Made by a program: the position numbers and the translations under genes. A stretch of 12,481 bases of DNA from a virus (taxonomy: Duplodnaviria; Heunggongvirae; Uroviricota; Caudoviricetes). The notes beneath the pieces are model-generated. The model did not search any database and was not told the origin of the DNA. It saw nothing but the letters and a program-made list of their open reading frames with translations. Position 1 is the first letter of the stretch; each line of letters opens with the position of its first letter. Positions 1 through 8,531 of the stretch are shown here, piece after piece. The stretch lies in IMG/VR virus record IMGVR_UViG_2617270959_000010; one strand, given 5' to 3'.

Positions 1-270
1 ATGAAAGAGCTTGAGTTAAAGAAACCGATTACCGCTCATGGCGAGACACTCTCCGTACTGGAGTTTGATGAGCCCACCGGGAAAGATGTCCGCGAGCTGG
101 GGTATCCCTACCAGATGAATCAGGATGAGTCCGTCAGACTTCTGGCGCATGTGGTATCGAAATACATTGTGCGGCTGGCGAAAGTGCCGCAAAACTCTGT
201 CGACCAGATGTCTCCGGCAGACCTGAATGCAGCGGCGTGGCTTGTGGCTGGTTTTTTCCTCCAGGCCTGA
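1..270 (+). CDS. Phage tail assembly chaperone (lambda gpG-like / Mu gp41-like), 0-frame product; may be 5'-truncated by the window edge
   Basis: 89-aa ORF immediately upstream of and overlapping-coupled to the tape-measure gene; slippery heptamer 4 codons before its stop; position typical of chaperone genes. Upstream context not visible. Confidence 0.55.
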   Translation: MKELELKKPITAHGETLSVLEFDEPTGKDVRELGYPYQMNQDESVRLLAHVVSKYIVRLAKVPQNSVDQMSPADLNAAAWLVAGFFLQA

Positions 271-419
271 CGGCTGAATACCTCACTGATCGCTTCTTTG
301 ACTGCGCCAGCTACTGGCGCATTAATCCCTTCGAATTGCTGAATATGCCGATCAGTGAAATTCCCTTGCTGGTCAGTCAGGCAAACAGGATAGAGCAGGA
401 GAAACGCACACATGGCTGA
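1..419 (+). CDS. Tail assembly chaperone -1 frameshift fusion product (gpGT-like), about 139 aa if the slip occurs at 252-258
   Basis: Overlapping ORFs 1..270 (frame 1) and 237..419 (frame 3) in the -1 relationship; the frame-3 ORF ends at 419, overlapping the tape-measure ATG at 412. This is the conserved arrangement upstream of tape-measure genes in tailed phages. Confidence 0.45.
252..258 (+). other. Candidate programmed -1 ribosomal frameshift site (slippery heptamer T_TTT_TTC)
   Basis: Frame-1 codons GGT TTT TTC at 250-258 give an X_XXY_YYZ heptamer at 252-258; the -1 frame (frame 3) stays open from 258 to the TGA at 417-419. Confidence 0.5.
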
Positions 420-2253
420 ATTTGAGCTTAAGGCGTTGATCACCGGTGTCGACAGGCTTTCTCCCGCGCTGTCGAAAATGCAAAAGAAAATCCGGGGATT
501 TAAACGCCAGGCGGAAGAAGCGTCACAGGGTGGGCTGGCGCTTGGTGGCGGACTGGCAGCGGGTCTGACGCTTTCCCTGAAATCTTATGCCGATCAGGAA
601 AACGCCGCCACCGGGCTGAAAGTCGCCATGATGGATGCGAATGGCGAGGTTGGAAAGAGCTTTCAGGACATCAATAAACTGGCTATTGGCCTGGGTAACC
701 AGCTACCCGGTACAACGGCTGATTTCCAGAACATGATGCAGATGCTGGTGCGTCAGGGGATCCCGGCAGAAAACATTCTGGGTGGTGTGGGTAAAGCGAC
801 AGCTTATCTTGCGGTACAACTGAAAAAAACACCGGAAGCGGCTGCTGAGTTTGCTGCAAAGATGCAGGATGCTACCGGAACGGCGTCAGAAGACATGATG
901 GGGCTGTTCGACACTATCCAGAAGGCGTTTTATCTGGGCGTTGACGATACCAACATGTTGTCCTTCTTCACTAAAACCAGTTCTGTTCTGAAGATGGTGA
1001 ACAAGGACGGTCTTCAGGCTGCACAGAGCCTTGCCCCCATCAGCGTCATGATGGATCAGATGGGGATGAACGGGGAGTCGGCAGGTAATGCCCTGCGAAA
1101 AGTTATCCAGTCCGGATTAAGCGTTAAGAAAATCAGGGACGTCAATAAAGTCATGGCCCGCCAGAAACTCGGGGTACAGCTCGATTTTACTGACGGCAAA
1201 GGAAGTTTTGGCGGTCTTGATAACATGTTCAGGCAACTGGCAAAGCTGCGAAAACTGACCGACGTTAAGCGAACAGGTGTACTTAAGGCAATATTTGGTG
1301 ATGATGCCGAAACCCTTCAGGTGGTCAATGCACTAATCGATAAAGGAAAGGATGGCTACGATCAGATCCAGCAGAAGATGAATAAACAGGCCAGCCTGAA
1401 TAAACGTGTTCAGGCCCAGCTTGGTACGCTGTCCAACCTGTGGGAGGCAATGACGGGGACCGCAACTAACGGCCTTGCGGCTATTGGCGGCGCATTTTCT
1501 GGTGACGCCAAAAATATCACGCAATGGCTGGGGGAGTTAGGGGAAAAATTCACGAAGTTTGCGGATGAAAATCCCCGGGTTATTCGCGGCGTCGTCGGGC
1601 TTGCTGCCGGTCTTGCGATTCTGAAACTGGGATTGATGGGCGTTGGCGGGGCCATCAGTATTGTCAGCAGGATCATGTCGATGACGCCGATTGGAATGAT
1701 TGCGACGGCGATAGCCCTGGCTGCGGGATTAATTATCACTAACTGGGATGTTGTCGGACCTTATTTCAAGAAGCTCTGGGAAACCATTGGTCCTTATTTT
1801 GAGGCTGGCTGGGAACTTCTGAAGAAGGTTTTTGCCTGGTCGCCGCTGGGGATGGTAATCAATAACTGGGGACCGGTTGTTAAGTGGTTTCAGGATATGT
1901 GGGACAAGCTGAAGCCGATTATTGAATGGTTTACCGACAGTTCCGGTGACACGGTCGATGCCATTAACTCTGCGCAGTGGGGCGCGGGTGCTTATGATGC
2001 TTATGGGACGGGATTCCCGGCGCGGGGATACACACCTTATCCGGCGATGGATCCGGCTCAGGCAAACAACGCCTCCGATGCCACAGGCCCGAATCCCTTC
2101 ATGATTAACAAAGCTTCTGCGCCAAAAGTTGACGGTGAGATCAAGGTCTCTTTTGTGAATTCGCCTCCGGGTATGCGGGTTATGGAAACGCGATCCAGCG
2201 GTATCGACGTGAATCACGACGTTGGCTACACCCGATTTGGTATGGGGGGCTGA
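412..2253 (+). CDS. Tail tape measure protein
   Basis: 613-aa ORF; N-terminal region predicted helical (A/L/K/Q-rich), central Gly/Ala-rich hydrophobic segment, C-terminal Trp-rich repeats (WDVVGPYFKKLWETIGPYFEAGWELLKK...WGPVVKWFQDMWDKL); located between chaperone and baseplate genes. Confidence 0.8.
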   Translation: MAEFELKALITGVDRLSPALSKMQKKIRGFKRQAEEASQGGLALGGGLAAGLTLSLKSYADQENAATGLKVAMMDANGEVGKSFQDINKLAIGLGNQLPGTTADFQNMMQMLVRQGIPAENILGGVGKATAYLAVQLKKTPEAAAEFAAKMQDATGTASEDMMGLFDTIQKAFYLGVDDTNMLSFFTKTSSVLKMVNKDGLQAAQSLAPISVMMDQMGMNGESAGNALRKVIQSGLSVKKIRDVNKVMARQKLGVQLDFTDGKGSFGGLDNMFRQLAKLRKLTDVKRTGVLKAIFGDDAETLQVVNALIDKGKDGYDQIQQKMNKQASLNKRVQAQLGTLSNLWEAMTGTATNGLAAIGGAFSGDAKNITQWLGELGEKFTKFADENPRVIRGVVGLAAGLAILKLGLMGVGGAISIVSRIMSMTPIGMIATAIALAAGLIITNWDVVGPYFKKLWETIGPYFEAGWELLKKVFAWSPLGMVINNWGPVVKWFQDMWDKLKPIIEWFTDSSGDTVDAINSAQWGAGAYDAYGTGFPARGYTPYPAMDPAQANNASDATGPNPFMINKASAPKVDGEIKVSFVNSPPGMRVMETRSSGIDVNHDVGYTRFGMGG

Positions 2254-2334
2254 TACCCCGCTTAAACACGGGTTTTGTCGTTTAGCAGGTTCTTGGTAGG
2301 ATTAGTCCGATACTTTAATGATGGGAATAGGGAT

Positions 2335-3012
2335 ATGAAAGTCTTAACAATTTATTCAGTTGTCGGCATGGCTCTTTTACTCGGGGGATGTACCTCTCCG
2401 AAGTACAATTATTTACCAAAAACAGAAAATTATAGTGAACCTCCTGTAGGAAGCATTAATACAGCTTATGTCGGTGATTCAATGATTAAGCAGGGGGTGT
2501 CACAGAGGTTTGAAGGTCTGAAGGTTAATGCTCCTGCGAGAATTTCCTGGGCGTATACGATCACTCCGGGGATGCTGAAAAAGGTTGGTGAGGATAACAA
2601 GGCTGATTATTACTTTCTCACAAACGGTGCTGATTCAGCCAATGTGGAAAAGGCAGCCCTTGCCGATATGTGGCAGGGCATCATGGTAGAAAAGAAAAAG
2701 AATGCCTTATGTGTAATAACAGTTTTCGGTGTTACCAACTGTGAAACTAACATGCCTATCGAAAAGGTTACTCTGAATATCAGTGGTGATTCATCTTTCC
2801 AGCAAGCTCTGCTTTACAACGGAAGGGTCGGAAACAAAATCAACATTGGATATCGTGAATTTTCATCGAATACAGCACGCCCGGCCTTCAACAACGATGT
2901 TGAGTATGATCTCGCGGAGTCTAAAACAATTGGCTATAAAGGGGCTAAATTCGAAGTACTTGATGCGAGTAACCAAAGCATAAGGTATCGGGTAATAAGT
3001 AACTTTAGATAA
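2335..3012 (+). CDS. Predicted outer-membrane lipoprotein of unknown function (moron); start revised to ATG 2335
   Basis: ORF track starts at a TTG (2275), but the ATG at 2335 gives a typical signal peptide MKVLTIYSVVGMALLLGG-C with lipobox LGGC and Thr at +2; GGGA 8 nt upstream; visibly AT-richer than flanking tail genes; followed by a strong intrinsic terminator. Confidence 0.7.
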   Translation: MKVLTIYSVVGMALLLGGCTSPKYNYLPKTENYSEPPVGSINTAYVGDSMIKQGVSQRFEGLKVNAPARISWAYTITPGMLKKVGEDNKADYYFLTNGADSANVEKAALADMWQGIMVEKKKNALCVITVFGVTNCETNMPIEKVTLNISGDSSFQQALLYNGRVGNKINIGYREFSSNTARPAFNNDVEYDLAESKTIGYKGAKFEVLDASNQSIRYRVISNFR

Positions 3013-3026
3013 GCGATAATTTAATG

Positions 3027-3050
3027 AAACCCGCTTCGGCGGGTTTTTTT
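3027..3050 (+). terminator. Rho-independent terminator after the lipoprotein gene
   Basis: AAACCCGC-TTCG-GCGGGTTT hairpin followed by T7 tract (3044-3050), 15 nt after the lipoprotein stop. Confidence 0.75.
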
Positions 3051-3065
3051 ATATCCGGAGTTTAT

Positions 3066-4295
3066 ATGACGTGGAAAGACAGACTTCAGGACGCGTCATT
3101 TCGCGGCGTGCCGTTTAAGGTTGAAGAAGAAAGTGCGGGAACCGGTCGTCGTGTGGAAACGCACGAATACCCGAACCGCGACAAACCCTATACCGAAGAC
3201 CTGGGGAAAATCACTTTCCGCCCGTCCATCACGGCTTATGTGGTGGGAGATGACTGCTTTGACCAGCGCGATCGCCTGATTGACGCGCTGAATAAACCCG
3301 GTCCCGGCACGCTTGTCCATCCGACTTACGGTGAGCTGAAAGTCTGTGTTGACGGAGAAGTTCGGGTCAGCACATCGAAGAGTGAAGGGCGTATTGTCCG
3401 CTTTGACCTGAAGTTTGTCGAAGCAGGAGAACTCTCTTACCCCACATCAGGTGCGGCGACGGCGCAGACGCTGATGTCATCCTGTTCTGCACTGGATGAC
3501 TGCATCAGTGACAGCTTCAGCGGTTTCAGTATCGATGGTGTGGCGGATTTCGTGCAGAACGACGTTATCGGTAATGCCAGCATAATGCTGGGGTATGTTT
3601 CTGATGCGATGAAAGTGGTGGATTCTGCCGTATCGGATGCCGCCAGGCTGTTGCAGGGGGATATCTCGGTACTTCTGCCGCCGCCATCGTCAGGCAAAAA
3701 TTTCGTTGAGCAGGTGCAGAAAATGTGGCGTACCGGGAAACGCCTTTATGGTAACGCCAGCGACCTGGTCACCATGATCAAAACGCTTTCCGGTGTCAGC
3801 CTCGGCAGCGATCTGCAACCGCGCGGCGTCTGGAAAACGGATAGTAAAACCACCGCCACGGCGACGCAGCAGAGTAACGTGGTTGCCAGCACCCTTCGTA
3901 CGACCGCAATCAGCGAAGCGGCGTATGCCGTCACCCGATTGCCTGCGCCAACAACTTCCGCGGTGATGCAGAATGCCGCAGTGGAGCAGGCAACAACACC
4001 TGCGCAGAGCACTGGCTGGCCTTCCGTCACGCATCCGGCACTGAACAATGCACCGGCGGTGAAAAACACGGTTGACCTGCCGACGTGGGAAGAACTGACT
4101 GACATTCGCGACACACTGAATACGGCAATTGATAAGGAGTTGTCCCGTACAACCAGTGATGCGCTGTTTCTGGCGCTGCGCTGGGTGAAAGCAGATCTGA
4201 ATGCGGATATCAACACGCGCCTTGAACAGTCTGCACGGATCATTCAGCGCACACCGGATGAGGTTTTACCCGCGCTGGTGCTGGCGGCGACCTGA
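3066..4295 (+). CDS. DNA circularization protein N (Mu gp43-like); start revised to ATG 3066
   Basis: N-terminus MTWKDRLQDASFRGVPFKVEEE...GRRVETHEYPNRDKPYTEDLG matches my recollection of the conserved Mu N N-terminal domain; GGAG 5 nt upstream of ATG 3066; the ORF-track start at 3024 would place the terminator hairpin inside the CDS. Confidence 0.8.
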   Translation: MTWKDRLQDASFRGVPFKVEEESAGTGRRVETHEYPNRDKPYTEDLGKITFRPSITAYVVGDDCFDQRDRLIDALNKPGPGTLVHPTYGELKVCVDGEVRVSTSKSEGRIVRFDLKFVEAGELSYPTSGAATAQTLMSSCSALDDCISDSFSGFSIDGVADFVQNDVIGNASIMLGYVSDAMKVVDSAVSDAARLLQGDISVLLPPPSSGKNFVEQVQKMWRTGKRLYGNASDLVTMIKTLSGVSLGSDLQPRGVWKTDSKTTATATQQSNVVASTLRTTAISEAAYAVTRLPAPTTSAVMQNAAVEQATTPAQSTGWPSVTHPALNNAPAVKNTVDLPTWEELTDIRDTLNTAIDKELSRTTSDALFLALRWVKADLNADINTRLEQSARIIQRTPDEVLPALVLAAT

Positions 4296-4330
4296 TTTGA
4301 TAACGCGGCGCGTGACGCGGACATTATCCG

Positions 4331-4347
4331 GCGTAATGCCATTACGC
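4331..4347. promoter_or_regulatory. 17-bp palindrome (GCGTAATG-C-CATTACGC) in the 95-bp gap upstream of the hub-like gene; candidate regulator-binding site or late promoter element
   Basis: Perfect 8-bp inverted arms with 1-nt spacer, read directly; lies in the only sizeable intergenic gap within the tail operon. Confidence 0.3.
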
Positions 4348-4390
4348 ATCACGGCTTTGTGCCGGTGATCCCTCTGAAGGTGCCAGTGCA

Positions 4391-4912
4391 ATGAACGATA
4401 ACGTCACGCTACGGGTAAATGGCCGGGAGTGGAATGGCTGGACATCGGTGCGCATCGGTGCCGGTATTGAACGGCTGGCGCGGGATTTCAGCGTGGAGAT
4501 CCCCCGCCAGTGGCCGGGAGATGAGGGTATCACCACGCTTCAGCCGCGCATTAAAAATGGTTCAAAAGTGGAAGTGCTGATTGGTGATGAGCTGGTGATC
4601 ACCGGCTGGGTGGAGGCGACCCCCGTTCGTTACGATTCCCGTTCGGTCAGCACCGGTATTGCCGGACGTAGTCTGACTGCTGACCTGATTGACTGTGCAG
4701 CCGAACCGACACAGTTTAACGGACGATCGCTGGTACAGATTGCGCAGGCGCTTGCTGCGCCTTTCGGCATTGAGGTGGTGAACAGCGGTGCGCCGTCGGG
4801 TGTTATTCCTGATGTCCAGCCTGATCACGGTGAAACGGTGATCGAGGTGATTAACAAAATACTCGGTCAGCAGCAGGCGCTGGCTTATGACGACCCGCAC
4901 GGCAGTCCGTGA
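4391..4912 (+). CDS. Baseplate hub-like protein (Mu P/gp44, P2 gpD-like), N-terminal-type domain only; 173 aa, much shorter than typical hubs
   Basis: N-terminus MNDNVTLRVNGREWNGWTSVRIGAGIERLARDFSV...IAGRSLTADLIDCAA resembles what I recall of gpD/gp44 hub N-terminal domains; position after the gp43-like gene. Confidence 0.5.
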   Translation: MNDNVTLRVNGREWNGWTSVRIGAGIERLARDFSVEIPRQWPGDEGITTLQPRIKNGSKVEVLIGDELVITGWVEATPVRYDSRSVSTGIAGRSLTADLIDCAAEPTQFNGRSLVQIAQALAAPFGIEVVNSGAPSGVIPDVQPDHGETVIEVINKILGQQQALAYDDPHGSP

Positions 4913-5145
4913 CGCTGACCCGGGCGGGTATCGTGGTGGACGGCGGCGGGAAAACGCTCACGTTTCGCAATGCGCCCAGAGCACGTTTTGAAATGGACCT
5001 GGAAGTGACCGGACAGGTGAAAGACCTGTGCGACTCCGGCGGCACCACCATGTCAGCGATGCGGCTTGCCTATAACGGGCATCGTCACAGAGAGAACGGT
5101 CAGGGCAGTAACACCGACAAACCTGATAAAGCGATGGAGGCATGA
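4909..5145 (+). CDS. Small ORF (78 aa) with GTG start overlapping the upstream stop (GTGA) in the -1 frame; possible hub/spike remnant or small baseplate protein
   Basis: GTG 4909 overlaps TGA 4910-4912; ends ATGA-coupled to the GP46-like gene. Together with 4391..4912 it occupies only about 0.75 kb where Mu-type modules usually carry hub plus spike genes. Confidence 0.35.
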   Translation: MTLTRAGIVVDGGGKTLTFRNAPRARFEMDLEVTGQVKDLCDSGGTTMSAMRLAYNGHRHRENGQGSNTDKPDKAMEA

Positions 5146-5570
5146 TGGAACTGTGGCTGACGGTGAACGGTAAACGCACCTGTGCCAGCGCACCGCTGGA
5201 GCCGCTGACCCGCGCTGTGGTGATTTCCCTGTTCACCTGGCGGCGGGCGGAGCCTGATGACAACGCCGACGTCCCGATGGGATGGTGGGGGGATACCTGG
5301 CCTGCGGTACAGAATGACCGTTACGGCTCCCGACTGTGGCTGCTTCAGCGCAGCAAACTGACCAATCAGCTGGTGCAGACAGTAAGGGGGTATATCCGCG
5401 AATGCCTGCAATGGATGATTGATGACGGCGTGGTGTCCCGTATTGATCTGGATATCCGCCGCACCGGGATTAATGAACTGGGTAACAGTATCACTCTCTG
5501 GCGTCGTGACGGACCGGTAATGATTTCTTTTGATGATCTGTGGAGTGCGATAACGCATGGCGGACAGTGA
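5142..5570 (+). CDS. Baseplate protein, phage GP46 family (Mu gp46-like)
   Basis: 142-aa ORF, ATGA-coupled to the upstream gene and overlapping the downstream Baseplate-J-like gene; size and position match Mu gp46. Confidence 0.7.
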   Translation: MMELWLTVNGKRTCASAPLEPLTRAVVISLFTWRRAEPDDNADVPMGWWGDTWPAVQNDRYGSRLWLLQRSKLTNQLVQTVRGYIRECLQWMIDDGVVSRIDLDIRRTGINELGNSITLWRRDGPVMISFDDLWSAITHGGQ

Positions 5571-6615
5571 ATTTCAGCGCCCGACGCTGGCAGAAAATAT
5601 CAGTATGCTCCGTAACGATTTATTCGCCAGGCTGGACGTCAGCGACACGCTCCGGCGCATGGATGAAGACGTGCGGGCAAAGGTGTATGCGGCGGCGCTG
5701 CATACGGTTTACGGGTACATCGATTATCTGGCAATGAACATGCTGCCTGACCTGTGCGATGAGTCCTGGCTGGCGCGACATGCTGCGATGAAACGGTGTC
5801 CGCGCAAGGGGGCCACGACTGCCAGCGGGTATATGCGCTGGGAAGGTGTCAGCGATGGCCTGAAGGTGACCGCCGGGAGCGTGATTCAGCGCGATGACCT
5901 GGTTCAGTACACGGCAACTGCCGATGCAACCAGCTCCGGTGGTGTCCTGCGCGTGCCGATCGCCTGCTCAAGTGCAGGCGCGGTCGGTAACGCTGACGAC
6001 GGTACGTCATTAATCCTGGTCACGCCGGTGAATGGTCTGCCGTCTTCCGGCGTGGCAGATACCCTGACAGGTGGATTTGATACTGAAGAGCTGGAAACGT
6101 GGCGCACCCGCGTCATTGAGCGGTATTACTGGACGCCTCAGGGCGGGGCTGACGGGGACTATGTCGTCTGGGCTAAAGAAGTGCCCGGCATTACCCGCGC
6201 ATGGACATACCGTCACTGGATGGGAACGGGAACTGTCGGTGTGATGATTGCCAGCAGTGACCTGATTAATCCCATTCCGGAAGAATCAACGGAAACGGCG
6301 GCAAGACAACATATCGAGCCACTGGCCCCGGTGGCAGGCTCTGATTTGTATGTGTTCAGGCCGGTGGCACATACGGTGGATTTTCATATCCGCGTGACGC
6401 CGGACACACCGGAAATACGGGCTGCCATCACCGCGGAGTTGCGTTCGTTCCTGCTGCGTGATGGTTATCCGCAGGGAGAACTGAAGGTATCGCGTATCAG
6501 TGAGGCGATTTCCGGTGCGAACGGGGAATACAGCCATCAGTTGCTTGCACCGGCAGACAATATCTCCATTGCAAAAAATGAACTGGCGGTTCTGGGGACG
6601 ATTTCATGGACGTGA
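5557..6615 (+). CDS. Baseplate J-like protein (Mu gp47 / P2 gpJ-like wedge protein)
   Basis: 352-aa ORF in the canonical position between the GP46-like and DUF2313-like genes; overlapping starts and stops indicate translational coupling. Confidence 0.8.
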   Translation: MADSEFQRPTLAENISMLRNDLFARLDVSDTLRRMDEDVRAKVYAAALHTVYGYIDYLAMNMLPDLCDESWLARHAAMKRCPRKGATTASGYMRWEGVSDGLKVTAGSVIQRDDLVQYTATADATSSGGVLRVPIACSSAGAVGNADDGTSLILVTPVNGLPSSGVADTLTGGFDTEELETWRTRVIERYYWTPQGGADGDYVVWAKEVPGITRAWTYRHWMGTGTVGVMIASSDLINPIPEESTETAARQHIEPLAPVAGSDLYVFRPVAHTVDFHIRVTPDTPEIRAAITAELRSFLLRDGYPQGELKVSRISEAISGANGEYSHQLLAPADNISIAKNELAVLGTISWT

Positions 6616-7190
6616 CAAACGATGATTACATCCGTCTGTTGTCGGCACTGTTGCCCCCCGGTCCGGCGTGGTCAGCCAGCGATCCGGCGATTGCCGGTGC
6701 GGCACCGTCATTAACCCGTGTTCATCAGCGTGCGGATGCCCTGATGCGGGAGCTGGATCCGCGCACCACCACTGAACTGATAAACCGCTGGGAGCGTCTG
6801 TGCGGTCTGCCGGATGAATGTATTCCCGCAGGGACAAAGACCCTTCGTCAGCGTCAGCAACGGCTGGATGCGAAGGTTAACCTGGCGGGCAGCATCAACG
6901 AGAATTTTTATCTTGCACAGCTTGCTGCCCTGGGCAGACCAGATGCCAACATCACGCGATACGACAAAAGCACGTTCACCTGCTCATCGGCCTGTACTGA
7001 CGCGGTGAATGCGCCGGAATGGCGGTATTACTGGCAGGTCAACATGCCAGCTGCCACCAACACCACCTGGATGACATGTGGCGATCCCTGTGATTCCGCA
7101 CTGCGTATCTGGGGCGACACCGTTGTCGAGTGTGTGCTTAACAAACTCTGCCCGTCGCATACCTACGTAATTTTTAAATATCCGGAGTAA
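6606..7190 (+). CDS. Baseplate/tail protein, Mu gp48 / P2 gpI-like (DUF2313, YmfQ-like)
   Basis: 194-aa ORF; N-terminus with ...[12 protein letters not shown]... recalls YmfQ/gp48 family proteins; lies immediately upstream of the tail fibre gene. Confidence 0.8.
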   Translation: MDVTNDDYIRLLSALLPPGPAWSASDPAIAGAAPSLTRVHQRADALMRELDPRTTTELINRWERLCGLPDECIPAGTKTLRQRQQRLDAKVNLAGSINENFYLAQLAALGRPDANITRYDKSTFTCSSACTDAVNAPEWRYYWQVNMPAATNTTWMTCGDPCDSALRIWGDTVVECVLNKLCPSHTYVIFKYPE

Positions 7191-7193
7191 TCC

Positions 7194-8126
7194 ATGCATC
7201 GTATAGACACGAAAACCGCGCAGAAGGATAAGTTCGGCGCGGGTAAGAACGGTTTTACCCGTGGTAACCCCCAGACCGGCACACCTGCCACCGATCTGGA
7301 TGATGACTACTTTGACATGTTGCAGGAAGAACTTTGTAGCGTGGTGGAGGCCTCCGGTGCCAGCCTGGAGAAGGAGCGGCACGACCAGTTGCTTACCGCG
7401 CTTCGTGCGCTGCTGTTAAGCCGCAAGAATCCGTTTGGTGATATCAAATCGGATGGCACGGTGAAAACGGCTCTCGAAAACCTTGGTTTGGGAGATGGCT
7501 CGGGGCGTTACAGCAAAACTGTCGTTTTTTCATCGTCGGGTTCATATACGTGGCCAGCTGACGTAAAACGAATTGACGTTATTCTGACTGCGGGGGGCGG
7601 CGGTGGCGGTGGATGTAACGCGGAGAACGCAAATCAGACATTTTCAGGGGCTGGCGGAGGAGCCGGAGGTACTGTTTTTGCCACTATTTATGCGACAGAC
7701 AACGATGCCGGGCCAGGGACCTATACAGTGACAATTGGTAGCGGTGGTAGTGGTGCCAATGGGCCAGGGTCTGGAAATAATGGCGGTCATAGTTCGTTCA
7801 TGACATTAACTGCGCTCGGCGGCCAGGGTGGGCAATGGGGCGGCGCTACAAATACCGCTGGCGGGCGCGGTGGCTCAGGCTCTGGCGGTTATAAAACTGA
7901 ACAAGGCGGAGACGGTTCAGACGGACAGGCGGGCCAGGCGCTATTAGTAGGCAATGGGGCATCGAGCTATTGGGGTGGCGGCGGCCGCGCTGGGCAACTG
8001 AGCGGTAATCCTGGAGTTTGCTCTGGCTCCGGCGGCGGGGGTGCATACGATAATAGCTATTCACACACGTCAGGACGTGGCGGGCACGGAGCTAATGGCG
8101 TGCTGGTAATTCGGGAGTACATGTAA
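7194..8126 (+). CDS. Tail fibre protein with a glycine-rich C-terminal domain
   Basis: N-terminal domain [55 protein letters not shown] typical of side-tail-fibre N-termini; residues about 130-300 are extremely Gly-rich ([32 protein letters not shown]...); GGAG 6 nt upstream of ATG; followed by a Tfa gene. Confidence 0.75.
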   Translation: MHRIDTKTAQKDKFGAGKNGFTRGNPQTGTPATDLDDDYFDMLQEELCSVVEASGASLEKERHDQLLTALRALLLSRKNPFGDIKSDGTVKTALENLGLGDGSGRYSKTVVFSSSGSYTWPADVKRIDVILTAGGGGGGGCNAENANQTFSGAGGGAGGTVFATIYATDNDAGPGTYTVTIGSGGSGANGPGSGNNGGHSSFMTLTALGGQGGQWGGATNTAGGRGGSGSGGYKTEQGGDGSDGQAGQALLVGNGASSYWGGGGRAGQLSGNPGVCSGSGGGGAYDNSYSHTSGRGGHGANGVLVIREYM

Positions 8127-8531
8127 ATGAATGATATCTATGCAGTTGTTGATAATAACGTTGTTATTAATGTCATTATCTGGGACGGAATTTCTGAATG
8201 GAAACCAGAGGCTGGTAATTTAGTTCCGTTAAACGGCGATGCTGGCATCGGTTGGTCATATTCAGACGGAGTATTTACCGCGCCACCTCCCCCAGAACGC
8301 TCTCACAACGCGTTAGTTGCGGAGGCTGAGCTGCAGAAATCAGCACTATTGACCGTAGCAAATAACGCAATAGCACCGCTGCAGGATGCCGTTGATTTGG
8401 AAATGGTGACAGACGATGAACAGGCGTTACTGCTGGCGTGGAAAAAATACAGGGTACTGCTGAACCGTGTTGATACCTCAGCGGCACCCGAAATAGAGTG
8501 GCCTACGCAACCGGGGGAGCGGGCCAGTTGA
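8127..8531 (+). CDS. Tail fibre assembly protein (Tfa)
   Basis: C-terminus ...[48 protein letters not shown] closely matches the conserved lambda-Tfa C-terminal motif as I recall it; N-terminal third is AT-rich and unrelated. Confidence 0.8.
   Translation: MNDIYAVVDNNVVINVIIWDGISEWKPEAGNLVPLNGDAGIGWSYSDGVFTAPPPPERSHNALVAEAELQKSALLTVANNAIAPLQDAVDLEMVTDDEQALLLAWKKYRVLLNRVDTSAAPEIEWPTQPGERAS

Noticed and set aside
1333-2217. Minus-strand ORFs (63, 109 and 162 aa) inside the tape-measure gene
   Set aside because: Entirely embedded antisense to a long, well-supported CDS; no start context; typical shadow ORFs.
2258-2280. Possible terminator after the tape-measure gene (CCCG...CGGG followed by TTTT)
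   Set aside because: Stem of only 4 bp; too weak to call.
2275-2334. Longer lipoprotein ORF starting at TTG 2275 (ORF-track start)
   Set aside because: TTG start with no ribosome-binding site; the ATG at 2335 gives a canonical signal peptide and lipobox, so the upstream extension is probably untranslated.
3024-3065. gp43-like ORF starting at ATG 3024 (ORF-track start)
   Set aside because: That start would place the strong terminator hairpin and T-tract inside the coding sequence; ATG 3066 has a GGAG ribosome-binding site and begins the conserved MTWKDRL... N-terminus.
3096-5558. Minus-strand ORFs overlapping the gp43-like, hub-like and GP46-like genes (for example 3746..4243 and 5100..5558)
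   Set aside because: Antisense shadow ORFs within a GC-rich, translationally coupled operon; no independent support.
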